From NCBI RefSeq assembly GCF_009914755.1, contig NC_060933.1: 64,000 nucleotides of DNA; one strand, 5' to 3'. Source of the stretch: the human T2T-CHM13v2.0 reference genome, Homo sapiens. Below are positions 14,701-29,445 of the stretch, piece after piece (the stretch's first letter is position 1; every line of letters begins with the position of its first letter). A program made the position numbers and the translations under genes. The notes below the pieces were generated by a model that was not told where the DNA came from, did no database searches, and worked only from the letters and a program-made list of their open reading frames with translations.

Positions 14701-16249
14701 TATAGAAAAAAATATTAGAAATAAATGCAATTAAGTTACAGGTAATGAAATTAGAGCTGAGAAAGAGTGCCTGCGTAAATAACACATACATGTAGATATT
14801 GAAACAGACGTAACTACTGCTACTGTTATTCATCTTAAGAACTTTTTACTCCAAGTCTATAACAAATGCCCATAGAAGGAGTAAGCAAAACCAGCCTAGA
14901 AGAACTGGCCCACTGTTGGACAGGTCTCTTGGTTGTGCCATGTATTTCTTTGGCTCCAACCACGTAGTAAAATTGAACACAATTGTCTCATTAATTGTTT
15001 TACCTCCCTTAAGTTAGGAATCTTGGATGATTTTGTAAAACTACCTAGTTTATTATACAAGTGTATGTAGAATAGCGTGCAAATATATGTGTGATGATTT
15101 ACTAGGAAGAAGATTCTGAATATTTGATTTTATAACTCATTGTAAATAACCTGGGGGGTAAACTTCCCTGTATACAGCAGAAGGCAAGTTGGCCCATCCC
15201 AAGGTTCTCAACAATGGCTTTATCTTTGGGGAAATAATGAATCAGACTATTCCTCCATTATATGCCAAGAAACATAAGTTCCTGAGCCCACATGGAAAGG
15301 GAACTGAAAGCACCCTTTGCACGACTCTGCTTATATGGTAATACTGCTGACTCACATCCAGGGCAAAAATGCCCTGCTCTTACCCAGACAGCAAGCACAG
15401 GAGAAGAGAATAACTCTTATGAGGTTACTTTACCTGGCTTCCCCACTGTTTTGTAACAATGCAGGTATGTCTTACATTAAAAAAATTAAGCAGAATGGGA
15501 TGCAGTAAGACAAAAGATGATCCTGAAGATGATCATGGGTCTTGAATATGATTGTGATGGGAGGTCTGGTCCTAAGTTTACTTACCCCAGTTGCTGACCT
15601 GCAAGTTAGAGCACTGGGAAGAACATTCACTTTTTAAGTAAATATAAGGATGAGAATTTACAGAGTAAGGAAATGGGGTCGAAGGAGGGCAGATGAGTGT
15701 ATAAATGTTAGTTCCAGAATATGAAGGAACGGGTTGGAGATAATGCATTCTTTGGAAATAGCAAATGCTGTTGAAGCTTTTCAAAAAAGGAAATAAATCA
15801 TAAAAGAATTTGGAATGCTTTTTATGGGTTGAAGTAGAAGAAAATTGAACATCAATATGATTCTGGAAAGAAATTTTGTGTCACTGCATTATTTAAATGT
15901 TAGGGGAAAATGATCAAAGCAGCCAACATTTAAAAAGGAATAATCTCTTTGGAAAACTTAATACACACATATCTGCAAATATTTAGGGGACAAGGAAAGA
16001 CTATGGAGGAAATTTTGTGTCTATATAGTTAGACATTTTCTGATCTAGACCTACCCGGAGGCATATGCTGAAAACCTTCAATGTTTAAGCTCAGTTCTTC
16101 CCTGAACCATTTCAAACCAAATCTGAGCATTCTTTTAGAAGTCCCATTCTCTCTAGTAGGTGGAGTCTTGAATTTTTTTTCACATTCTAATATTGGTATC
16201 TGATATGCCTGCCTGGGGTTGTCCTAAGATAGTAAGAAAAATGACTGCA

Positions 16250-17500
<1,251 letters not shown>

Positions 17501-18384
17501 AGTTCACACTAATCACCATTAGGACTGCCATACAGTCCCACATGCAGCCTCCACCCAACACACACTCAAATTTTTCTAGTTATAAACTCTGCCTATTCCC
17601 CTAAGGGATTTGAAACTCAACACTAACCTGGATCTCCTCCCAACAAGTTCTATACAATGGTCATTATATCTTCCGTGTGTGAAGACAGTCAAGAACATCA
17701 GCCAAAACTATGATCCCATCATCTACCTGAACGTACATATCCTGTTTCAGCCTCAAGATTGGTTCCCTTAGATGCAGGAGACAACAGGATAATCCCAGAA
17801 TGCTCTGTCTGCCCTTGGCTCTGTAATTTCGATGTTTTCCACCTTGCACCAAAGCCAAATCTTACTGGAGTTTTTCTTCTCACTCCTGTAAGTCCTATCA
17901 TTTTTGGTAATTAATCCTCCATTCCCCAATGAACAATGTATGGCCATGCAGGTCTCAGGCTGGCAATGAAGTTTGTGACATGCATAAAATCACTGTTCAT
18001 ATGACAGCTAAAATAGCAAGGTTCTTATTTTGTTCCTCATATTCATGACATGACACACCAACATAAGCTTAAGAAAACACTCAGTCTTGTTTCTTTCTAG
18101 ATCAAGGCCTTCAGGCCTTCAATTCCCTCTCCCTATGAAGTGTTTAGGTTTCAGAGACAAACCATTAGAAGCAAAAAAGGCAAGATACTTTAAAAGATAG
18201 CAATGCAGATACAGAAACAGATCAACCATTACTTCAAAAAACCTAAAGCCAAAAACAGAAAATTCAGCTAACATTAAGGGATACTGGCTAGCAGAATAGC
18301 CAAAAAGGTCCTAAGAGTGCTAAATGATAAGTACTATTCAAAGTCTAACTCTTTGATTGTAACCACATGAGTCACATTAGCCTT

Positions 18385-18920
18385 TCTAAGATATCTATAT
18401 CTCATATCTATATATCTATATCTAGATGTGAGATCTAGATATAGATATGAGATATAGATATCTCAGGAATATATATATGTAGTTACATACAGATATATAG
18501 ATATTTCAGATATCTATAGCTCATAGATATATAGATATATATTTGATATATCTAAATATATAATACCTGTTATTTTTAAAGTTTTTGAACAAAATATATA
18601 AATACATATAGATATATCTAAATATCTAAATGTATATTTTTAGACACTTAGATATTTATGTATTTAGCTATATTTATCTTAAAATCTATTTTAAACATTT
18701 ATATATTTATATATCTAAAATACATATTTAGACATTTATATATTTATCTAAAATGTATGTAGATATATATACAGTCAATGTATATCTAAAATATATGTTT
18801 TTAGACATTTATATATTTATATATCTAAAATGTATATATTTAGATATACATACATCTGATATATATCTAAATATATATTTTTAGATACATCTATGTATGT
18901 ATAGATAAAGATATATAGAT
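18385..18920. repeat. AT-rich low-complexity array with self-complementary units (TATCTA/TAGATA, TCTAAA..TTTAGA)
   Basis: Read directly; begins with a near-perfect palindrome at 18389-18463. Confidence 0.9.
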
Positions 18921-18924
18921 TTTT

Positions 18925-19600
18925 TAAAAAGCTTTATTTAAAAATAACAAACAGAAAACAAGTCATAAATTCACCACTCAACGAATTTTTACAATGTGAA
19001 CACTCCTGGATAACTAGCATCTAGATCAAGAAACAGATCACTCCATCCCCACGGAAATTTCCTTGTGCACATTTCCAGTCACTTTCCAGGTCACACTCTG
19101 CCCAAATGTAACCACTCATGACATCTTACACAGTAGGTTTGTTTAGCCTGTCCTAGAACTTTACATACATGGAATCATGCAGTATGTACTACAGTTACGT
19201 GCCACGTAACAACATTTTGGTCAACAATAGACCATATGTATATCATAAGATTATAATACTGTATTTTTACTGCACTTTTTCTATATTGAAATACACAAAT
19301 ACCAGTGTGCTATAATTGCCTATAATATTCAGTACAGGAACATGCTGTACAGGTTTGTAGCCTAGGAGCAATAAGCTACACTATCTAGGCTAGGTGTGTA
19401 GTAGGTTATGCCATCTAGGTTTGATATGAGATCTATATATCTATATATTGATACATATACACACATAACTGCAAAGGATACTCTATATCATTAGAAGAAT
19501 GACAAAATCCCCTAATGGCATATTTCTCAGAACATATCCCTATTGTTGAGTGACACATGACTATATTTTGTGCGTTGTTTTTTTAAACTCAGCATTCTAT
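18925..19600 (-). mobile_element. Old L1M 3'-end fragment interrupted by Tigger3
   Basis: aaaagctttatt..gatcaagaaacag..catggaatcatgcagtatgtact | ttttgtg..aactcagcat. Confidence 0.7.
19192..19563 (+). mobile_element. Tigger3a/MER7-like TcMar-Tigger element
   Basis: Ends CAGTTACGTGCCACGTAACAACATTTTGGTCAAC ... GTGACACATGACTA; TA on both sides; internal tgtacaggtttgtagcctaggagcaata. Confidence 0.85.
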
Positions 19601-19912
19601 TGTAGAAGGATATTTGATTAGATTTTTCATTACTAGAAATGTACTCAATGCCCAATTAATATATGCTGAGCATATGCATTGCATTGCAATTTTCCTCTGT
19701 AAAATACACTCACATTAGTGTTTATCAGATCTTCTCATTTGGTTTGGATTATGCATCTAATGTGATGATTTTGTTTTGTGTGTTAATTCTAAACTCTGTA
19801 GCACTGGCAACCCATTATCTGCAAATTTTTAAGTACATTTCTTCACTCTTCTGTCAAATCATTTTAGAAAATTTGATATTTTAAAGTCTAGTACAAAACA
19901 TTATATTAACTT

Positions 19913-20212
<300 letters not shown>

Positions 20213-20522
20213 TTATTATTGTTGCCAACAGTCCAGAGTTGTTTTTTGTTTTGGTGTTTTTTTTTTTTTTAAACAGCCTTTGCCCAACATTTAGTTCTCT
20301 GCTTTACGCTTGCCATTTCTACCTCATATCCACATTATTCTCAAGCTAGCTCAGATTCTTTCTTTTAGAACAAAAGTAGTTATGATGTATTACAATGAAT
20401 TTATTTTATGTATTACCTCCTCCTGGGTAAATAAAATGAAAAATTAAAAAAAAAAAAAATGAACCTGGTGTGCAAAGGACTCTCCAAAGCAGCAATTCAC
20501 CATTGGGCGGAATTTCAGATAT

Positions 20523-20889
20523 TGATATGGTTAGGCTCTGTGCCCCCACCCAAATCTCATCTTGAATTGTAATACTTATAATCCTCACATGTCAAGGGAG
20601 AAACCAGGCGGAGGTAACTGAATAATGCGGGTGGTTTCCCCCATGCTGTTCTCATGATAGTGAGTTCTCACAAGATCTGGTGGTTTTATAAGGGGCCCTT
20701 CCTGCTTCGCTCGGCACTTCTCCTTCCTGCCACCTTGTGAAGAAGGTGCCTTGCTTCCCCTTCACCTTTCACAATGATTGTACATTTCCTGAGGCCTTCC
20801 CAGCCATACTGAACTGTGAGTCAATAAGCCACTTTAAATTACCCAGCCTCGGGTGTTTCCTTATAGCAATGTGAGAATGGACTAATACA
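20523..20889 (+). mobile_element. THE1 (C/D-like) MaLR solo LTR
   Basis: TGATATGGTTAGGCTCTGTG..CCCAAATCTCATCTTGAATTGTA ... GGACTAATACA. Confidence 0.92.
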
Positions 20890-22189
20890 GGCATCATAAT
20901 CTAAGATACGTAGATGCTCAGGTGCAGGGGAAAATTTCTGGACACCTCAAATCCATGTTGTCAGCATATATGTTGCATTTATAATTGAATTGGAACTGGT
21001 CCATTGAGTACTGGTTTTAACACAACTCTATGCTTGAGAATAATTTCATCTTTATGATAAATGATTTTAATATTTGAAGAGTTTCCATTAGTATTTTTAG
21101 CCAGGGCTGGATGGGATCAAGGACTAAAGGAACAATGGACCAAAACAGACTTCAGAAATGAACTTGTGTCATTCTTAAAATCTGAAATTACTCCTTTCTC
21201 AGAACACGGGCCCTCTCTATCATATTCCCATTCTGCACCTTCATTTGAGTGGGAAAATCTACACAAAACAAAAAGATCTAACACAAAACAGACTTTATGC
21301 CTGCAAGAGAAGTCTTCCTGTCTTCTTCAACTACTGTCTTCCTATTGTAACCATAATTGGTTCAAGTTTTCCCCATAGACAAATATGTTGCTAAGTTATA
21401 CAACAGAAAATGGAAAATGACTATTAGATTTTATTTTCCACAAGATAAGAAGATAAACTGATAGTGTAAAGGATCAAGTAGGATTAAAAAGTCTTTAAAA
21501 AATTGATTTAGCTTGTGATTTACTTGATAAGATCATAGTATTTGATGGTACAAGTGTCATCCAGAGGTGGCTTTCCACATTTTCTCTCTCTCATGCCCAT
21601 GGCTTATCTGCCATATAATTCTTTTTTCTACGAGGCTGACAGTTCCTTAGAATTCTTCATACAGCTCTATGGGTGGCTCCTAATAACTATCTGAAGTAGG
21701 TATATGAAATAAAAATGCTTTGCCATTCTTAATCTAGAAACCCTAAAACCAGGTAATACAATAACCCTGGCATCTTAAATGACTCAGTGTAGATATGTTA
21801 ACATGTACATTCTCCTTAATTGATGTTTTTAGAGCTACTTAAGAATAGAAGACAATAAAAAGCAGTGATAGGGAGGTATAGGAAGGGACAAACTGGAAAC
21901 GCCTGAGACCCTATTAGAGGTTGTTACAACTGCATTCTAAACAGCAGCTAAATTAGATCAGATATCTTGGAAATAATGTACAACAATCATAGTTGAGAGA
22001 AAAGTAAGCTAGTATTTAGAAAAACAAAAAAAGTGAAATTTATTTAGCTGATTGAATGTAAAGACTTTCTTATTTCAGAATTTTAAGTAAAAAAAAGTAT
22101 AATTTTTAAGTTAAACATAATATTTTCAAAAAACAAGATATGTAAATCAGTTCAATTAATTCAGATGACAAAACAGAGCATTGGGGAAA

Positions 22190-22870
22190 TAACAAATTTT
22201 CTAGAGAAATGTCTTAAAACAACAGTGTTCCAAATAATTTATGTATATAATTCACTCTCAAGGAAGTGGAGCATAGCTTCCCTCTCCTTTAGAGTAGGCT
22301 GTGCTTTGTTACTTCTTTCTAAAGTGTACAGTATAAGAAGAGGAGGAGGGATAACTTTGCAGGAGGGAAAGCTGACACACACATGCTACTTCAGGCAGGT
22401 GATCAAGGTCAACATCAACAGTGGTAAGCCATATTGACAGTGTGAACCCTTGATAGGAAGTGATAAGATTGGCACTTGACCTCTGTGGTCTTCCTCCCAA
22501 TACTCATAACCAAATTCTAGTCATGAGAAACACATCAAACACATTAATATTGAGGGACATCCTACAAAAAACCTTACTGATACTCCTTAATACTCAACTC
22601 AAGGTCATCCAGAACATGGAAAGTATGAGAAACTGTTTCCAGAAGACATGAAACTGGTACAAGGAAACAGAACAACTAAATGCAATGGTTAGGATCCTGG
22701 GTCATAAAAAGGTCATTAGGTAAAAACTAGGGAAATCTAAATAAAGTATAGTTTTTAATGAAAAATAAATGTATCAATACTGCTCGACTGTGAGAAAGTA
22801 ACATACAAATTTTCTTTACTGTCTTTACAATTTTTACATAAATCTAGAACTATTTTAAAATAAAATTTTC
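22190..22870 (+). mobile_element. L1MC/L1MD-type 3'UTR fragment
   Basis: caggtgatcaaggtcaacatcaacagt..cctctgtggtcttcctccc..ctattttaaaataaaa. Confidence 0.75.
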
Positions 22871-23455
22871 CTAAAAAAGAAAGAAATAAACAAGAAGCCC
22901 TTTTGTTGGCAATGTAAACCTCACAGCCGTGCTTGGGAATGACAACCTTGGAGATATAAATCACTGGAACACCTCAATACAGACTGGTGTAGGCTTTCCC
23001 TTTTGGAAGTCTTTAAAGAAATAAGCTATTTCTCTCTAGGAATTCCTTAGTGTACTGCTGTCTTAAGATGGATAGGTTGGAATCCAAAAGCTCTGATGCC
23101 CTCTGGCTCCACTGTTTTATGAGTCTGTAATTTAGTTAATGATATTGGATATCAATTACCTATGGGTAAACATAATTTCCATTCATATTAACATTCTCAC
23201 AGAGGCCTAATTTCTTTCAGACCTGTGTTGAATCATGCATTCATGTGATAATAGTATAAAAAGCTTTATTCTCATCAAGCTATTCTAAATGTTTTACTGT
23301 CTCCAACTGTACGAAGGAGTCAGGCTTGTTTAGCATGTGTTGCTTTCCAGATAATTTTATAATGACTGTTCCTTAGCACTTAGTTATCTTCCATGTGCTA
23401 GCAAATTAATATTAATGTTTACACTAAGTTCTCCTGATTCCCTCCTCTCCCCGCT

Positions 23456-23472
23456 CCCCCCCCCCCCCCCCC
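23456..23472. repeat. C17 homopolymer
   Basis: Read directly. Confidence 0.95.
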
Positions 23473-23715
23473 ACCAAAAACGTGCAGGTAAGAGGGAATG
23501 TACAGACATGATGGAAGAATCTGCACATTTACTCTTATATAAATCTTTTTCCCCATAATTATAGGAGGTCCAGTGCTTATATACACTTGTCTCTAGAGTA
23601 ACATTCTTTTGTTTAAGTCTCTAAACAAGATTAGAAAAGTGGAAAGGAAATCACATATCTCTTTTGTAGCCATAAATGAAACACTGGAACTAAGCCATAA
23701 AAAATACCAAGGCAA

Positions 23716-23767
23716 TTTTTTTATTTTGTTTTGTTTTGCTTTGTTTTGTTTTGCTTTGTTTTGTTTG
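23716..23767. repeat. (TTTTG)n-type repeat
   Basis: Read directly. Confidence 0.9.
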
Positions 23768-23847
23768 TATCTGGGACTTAATCCATTTTCTCCTCCATCA
23801 CAACCTCTATACTTATTCTGTCCCACATTCTTCCCTCCCTCAGCAAG

Positions 23848-23850
23848 TAT

Positions 23851-23883
<33 letters not shown>
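23848..23883. repeat. Compound (TG)/(TA)n microsatellite
   Basis: Read directly. Confidence 0.9.
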
Positions 23884-23895
<12 letters not shown>

Positions 23896-24483
23896 TCATA
23901 GTTAGCTTTCATCTTCTGTGCCTTGTTCAAGCAAAAGCCCGTAAAGTTCCTTTAAGGCAAGCTGCTCCTGGGGAAAAGTCATGCTTCATACCTTCATTAG
24001 AGTGTTGAACACGCCTTGAACGCTTAATAAACTTCAGACAGTAAGATCAGTATAATTTGTATAAGGAGCAAGTAGATGAACCACGGAAGGATTTGGCTAA
24101 CTGCAGTAAACTGGAGGTCCCCAAGGTCCCCAAATTTCTCTCTCTGTTTTCTCTGACCACTGTTAAATTTCCTTGAGTGGACTGGCCAGGCTGAATTGCA
24201 AGGTTGTAAATGAATCCCTTCCTTCCCCTTGAACTTGTTAAGCTCTCCCGGCTTCTCCCACTTTGTCTGGCAGGCTGCTCCACATCTTAATGACTTTTTG
24301 CAAGAAACAGAACCTCCTAATATCTAACACTCTGCCCTGTCATCTGCTGTTAGGCAAGCTTGCTTCTGAAGCTAATGACTTGAGGTTTCTCTTTCTTACT
24401 CTTTCTCTTTTGATTAAGTTTCCAGCCCATAGTGGAAAAGGAGAGGATATGATGAAGGGAGCGAGAAAAGTGAAGAGAGGACA

Positions 24484-24535
24484 GGGTGGGGGGCGGGAGG
24501 AGAGAGAGACAGAGAGAAGAGAAATGCTATAAATA
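24484..24535 (+). promoter_or_regulatory. Candidate GC-box + TATA core promoter
   Basis: GGGGCGGGAG at 24490-24499 and TATAAATA at 24528-24535; motif evidence only. Confidence 0.25.
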
Positions 24536-26809
24536 TGGGCCAGTACCTAATTATAATTCGAGACACTGGCAATTTAATAAAAACAACTCCTCCAGAATGC
24601 AGCCATAAGGAAAGAGTTTCCACAATCTGTTCATCTGCATAATTAGTGATTCAGGACCTGGGAACAGTTGGAACATTGCTGAGGAAGGCCCAGGTCACAT
24701 TATTGATAACATAAATAACAAAGATACAGATTTCCCCAAACTACAAACATCAGAATGTAACGAACAACAACCTAATAGGAGCACAGAAAACAAACAGAAA
24801 GCAGATAAACTCTGGAGCCGGGCAGGCACAAGACTGGAGTCAAGCACATCATTCATCAGTCTAAATACCCTCAGGTTTCTTGGAGTCACCTAAAAACAAG
24901 AAAATGGGAAATCCTCATTGGTGATGCTTTCTGCAAGGATGTGAGCCTACAGCTGTGAATATGCATGTTCCACGAGGCAGACACAGTCTTTATGCTTTAC
25001 ACATGGGAACATAATTCGTCTTGAAAAAAAATTTGCATTGCTAAAGTTAGTTATTTAATGGCACAGGGGAGACCTGGCAAGTGAGTGCTAGAGACATGGT
25101 TTTCAGTTTAGAACTCAGCTGAATTCTATATAAGAGACTGATAAGTATATTTAATTCCTTTAAACATGTGTTAATTACATGCCCCCTTTATAAAATGATG
25201 TGCATTCTTATTGGCAATTTGAGAAGGGCTATCAGAACCACAAGAGCAGGAATCCTCTGTTTTTTATTCTGTATTTCCAGCTCTCACCATGGAGCTGAGA
25301 AGACAGGACATGCAGTTCACATTTGTTGACAGGCTGCCAAGAGAAAAATGCAGCAAATTAAAAATAAGAGGAGGTTAAGAATCACTCAAACTTTAGCTAC
25401 CCAAATACAATCATTGGTGTTCAAGTCTAGGGCATAAACTTTATGCTGATGGAGATACAATTTCCAAATACTTCAAACCAAGTATCAGCTACATGGAAGT
25501 TGTAGATACACAGACTATTCAAGATTTAAGAGTTGCAGCTTAATCAGGCTAAGGTGTGTGTGTGCACATACACTATAAGCCCTGGCAAATTTGAATGCTT
25601 TGTGTCTTCAGTCAGTGTGAGACCTTCCTCACCGTGTGAACAAAGAACTGTCTTTGAGCCCAAACAGATGGGTGACAGCAGAAGAGACAAGGAAAGAATT
25701 TTCCACGCATATACCTCCGCCATGCATGACTGTCCCTAGGGTAAATATGTGAATAGTTTCAACTTTTAACAATAGAAAGGAAAATAGTAATACTTTTTAA
25801 AAAGTATATGTGGCTTTGTGCTTTCAGGCTTTAAAAACCACACACATACCTGCGGTTTTGAAATATCCTTAAGACACCAAAGGGGATGATCCTGTCTGAC
25901 TGGGTGAATGAAATAAAAGAAAGACTGTCCTTTCAGTGGGAAATTAACCTATTCAAGCAGGGCTGTAATAATTGCACATTTGGTTGTTGAAGAATAGAAG
26001 GCCTTTAAAGTCTAAACTTGCCATTATCTAAAAATGGAAAACAATCAGAGGAATTTGCACATTTTAAATTAAGTATCCTAACATTAACCCATGAATACAT
26101 ATATGCATTCCATTAGTTTATTTAGCAAATACTTCTTGAGTTCTCATGATGTGTCATATACTCCTCTAAGCTCTGAAGTTACCAGTAAACGAAGACAAAA
26201 ACTTCTCACTTCTTGTTTTACCGAAGTCCCTGTGAGTAACACAGGCAGTTGCCCCACTAGATCTTGCATTCCTGAAGAAAGTTTTTGGATCTGCAATATG
26301 ACTCCCTTGATTTGAAAATCCAAAAACTTTACCTTTAACTGCCAACCGGTTCAGTACAATTGAATGAACTCTTGCAGCTGGCGCGAAGTGAGGCATGGAA
26401 AGCCTCAAAGGAATAGGGTGTCCAAAAGTTGAGCCTTTGTAGAACTATAGACAGTGGGGTAAGGTTAGATGCCACAGATACCTACAAATTATATCTGTTA
26501 TTACAGAAGAATTTGAATCTTACAAGCCAAGGTCAGTATACCTTAGAAAACTCTATCTTTGCACTATTTTGATGGGTCAAAGAAGATGACCCAAAGCAGT
26601 AATTCCTAGAGTTAAATATTTCATAGATGGATACAATTAAAACACAACAACAAAACAACTAAAAAAGACTGCCCCAGGAGTGCCAACTTTTAATTTCAAA
26701 GAAGGACATTAAAAGAAATTTAAGTATTTTTAAAAGTAGAAAAAAACACCAGAATAAATTATAATTGCTTCTAGGAAGAGTTGGCATTTATAACCAACAC
26801 ACACTAGCT

Positions 26810-27200
26810 GTGTATAGGAATAGGCTGAATTATGCTGTTGTAAAAATTGCCACCACTCTTGCCCCAGTCTCTTTAGCTTAAAACAGTATGCTACATGTTT
26901 TTCATGGGTAGACAGGAGTGGTCACCCCTTGGAGATTGTGACTGTCAAAGCAGCCATCTCCAATGTGGCTGACCACTGTGCCAGGGGGAAAGAGAGCTCT
27001 GGATACTCCTGAATCAGCAGTTAATGCTCCAGTGCAGAAGCAATATACATGACTTCTTGCATGATTCATCGGCTGGAACTAGTCACATGGTCCAATCCAA
27101 TTACAAGAAGGCCAGAAAGTGCAAACTTACCATGTGCCAGGTGAGCCAGGAATATCTGACAAGCAGCATACATTTGACAGGCAACACTGATGAGTGCCAC
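26810..27200 (-). mobile_element. MLT1 (J/K/L-like) MaLR LTR
   Basis: ataggctgaattatgctgttgtaa..ggctggaactagtcacatggtcc..tgccaca. Confidence 0.7.
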
Positions 27201-29199
27201 AGCTGTAGATGATACTGTTCTTATTTTCTTATTTCAGTATGGACTAATGAAAATGTGGTCACATCCTTTTACAGATTTAAGTCTAAATTTGAGAACAACC
27301 CATGTTAGAAGGAAGAATATTTGCAGGCCAAATATAATTCTCTCTGGAAATTGAGAACTTTCTTGGAAGCATGTGCAAATTATCACTAGATGACCAATAA
27401 TAAGGAGATTGCTAGGGGGTCTGACCCGTATGATCAAAGGTAAACAACCCTGAGAACTCAGATGCTGAGAGCAAGAGCAGCAGGAAGGGCACTGAAATGC
27501 AAAGCCTGCCCCAGTAGCAAAGTCTCTTGCACTCAAACTGAAAGACAATTTTCTTTAGCTGCCAACAACATCATGCTTTATAACCCGCTCCTAATCCACC
27601 CCCTCAAGGATGATTATTTCAGTGTTAACTCTCTGCACCCAAGCATCTGAACAGGTCTGAGTCAGCCCAGCAAAACCCAGCAACATTATTGTTGACCCTA
27701 AAGGTTGCATAAGAAATTTTTTTAAAGCATAGTTTCCTATGCTGTATGCTCATGCGGTCATGGTTCTTTTGCTCTGTGTTGTTGCTTTTATCGTTGTTAA
27801 TACATGTGGCAAAACCAACCCTCAAAATTAAGTTAAATCTCTTTGCTCAGCTATTCTATTGAGCTGTGAGGCAGGGAAGTCTTACGCTGTTTTATGGAAA
27901 TTCTGATTTTCAAAGTAATAAACAAATCTCAAAGGAACCAGAAAAGAGCGATTGGACCGATGCCACACACTCTGTGTGGGCTCAAGATACTGTACTTGAT
28001 GATGGCAAATTTTCTTTTCAAAAACACCCCCAAACAAAGCTTAAGTTCCAGAAATGTTTTCTGTGCCAGACTTGTAGTAAATTTTCCTTGGAGGGCCTAA
28101 TGCAAGATGAAGGACAAATGGAACTAAGATAGACTTGGTACCCAAGTGAGGGAATAAGAGAGTTCAAACAAATGTGCAACTAGGTTCAAGCCTTTGATTC
28201 TGTAATTCAAGTAAATAATCAATTTAGTGGGGAAGAGGGGAAGGTCAGTATCACCATATAATATAACACATATGAAATAAGATAAATTAACTTAAAAAAA
28301 TTTATGATAAAATACTGTCTGAATGATTTAAAATAAAATGTATATCTCTCTCCTTCCTTACTTATCCCCAGGAATCCCACATTCTTCTTCTAAATGTAAA
28401 GTTAATGGTTTCTAATGTATCCTTTAGAAAAATGGTGGTACTTATCCTAATGTGTATATTTATACACATTTTTTCACCTACCCAGCTGGGATCTACTATA
28501 TACTATATAGTCTTTTGTATTTTAATTGTTCAGGAGTCATCTTAGCATCATACAAATGCAGCCTGGGTAGATTTTTCTTCTCTGTTGTAATTTTTAAAAT
28601 AATAGTTTGCTTTCCCTTTAATTTCATTGAGAAACTGCTCATGTAGCAACTCATGCATCTTGTATAGTACCTTGCACTGGAAAAAAAAATCTGTTGCATT
28701 GAAATATTTCAGGATTAAATATTAGCTATGAATGAATGGGGTTATCATCTTCTCCTCAAATAAATAACTAAAGCACTAAACAAATACTTTTAAACAATAA
28801 ACTTGGCTTTGTGTCTGGCCCAAAGGGCTGTCAGATAACCTTCTCTTACAGAGCAAAACTCCCCAGACTGTGTTTATGTCATTCAAAGCTTCCTTGGATA
28901 CCCGAGGAAAAAAAGTAAATTGAATGGAAATCATGGAAACCAGAAGTTACCTCTTCATCAGATTTTTTTCTGAAGTTTAGTCAAAATTAGAAAGAGTAAC
29001 ACAGTGAGAAGAGCACCTAGGGAGTGGTTCCTCCAGCAAACCCAACTGTCACAGCTCAGTGCACAGGGACATTGCATTGCAGAGAGATTAGGAAATTTAA
29101 CTCAGCTGTTTTGCAGATTAATCTATTTATTGCTGAGGTGGATTATAAGAATGCACACAGGAATGAATGCAATGAAAATGACTAAAAGGAAAGGGAAAT

Positions 29200-29445
29200 A
29201 GCTATTTATTGGACACCTACTTCGTGTCAGATACTACTCAGCTCCTTACTTAATGTTTCTCATTAATAAAGTTTCCAAGGAAGTAGTCTTCCCTCCAAAA
29301 TAGGTAGGTAGGTAACAGGTAGATCACTACTTCACAGGAAAAAAAAAAAAGAAGTCCCTTATCCAAGTCACACAGTCAACAATGCTTTGGACAGGAAATC
29401 AAATATAAGGCTCTGACTACAAAGATAGTTTTCTTCCCACTATAC
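29200..29445 (-). mobile_element. MIR
   Basis: atttattggacacctacttcgtgtcag..ccaagtcacacag..ctctgactacaaag..cccactatacca. Confidence 0.65.

Noticed and set aside
26378-26390. E2F-like TGGCGCGAA motif
   Set aside because: Single motif with no CpG island or promoter context
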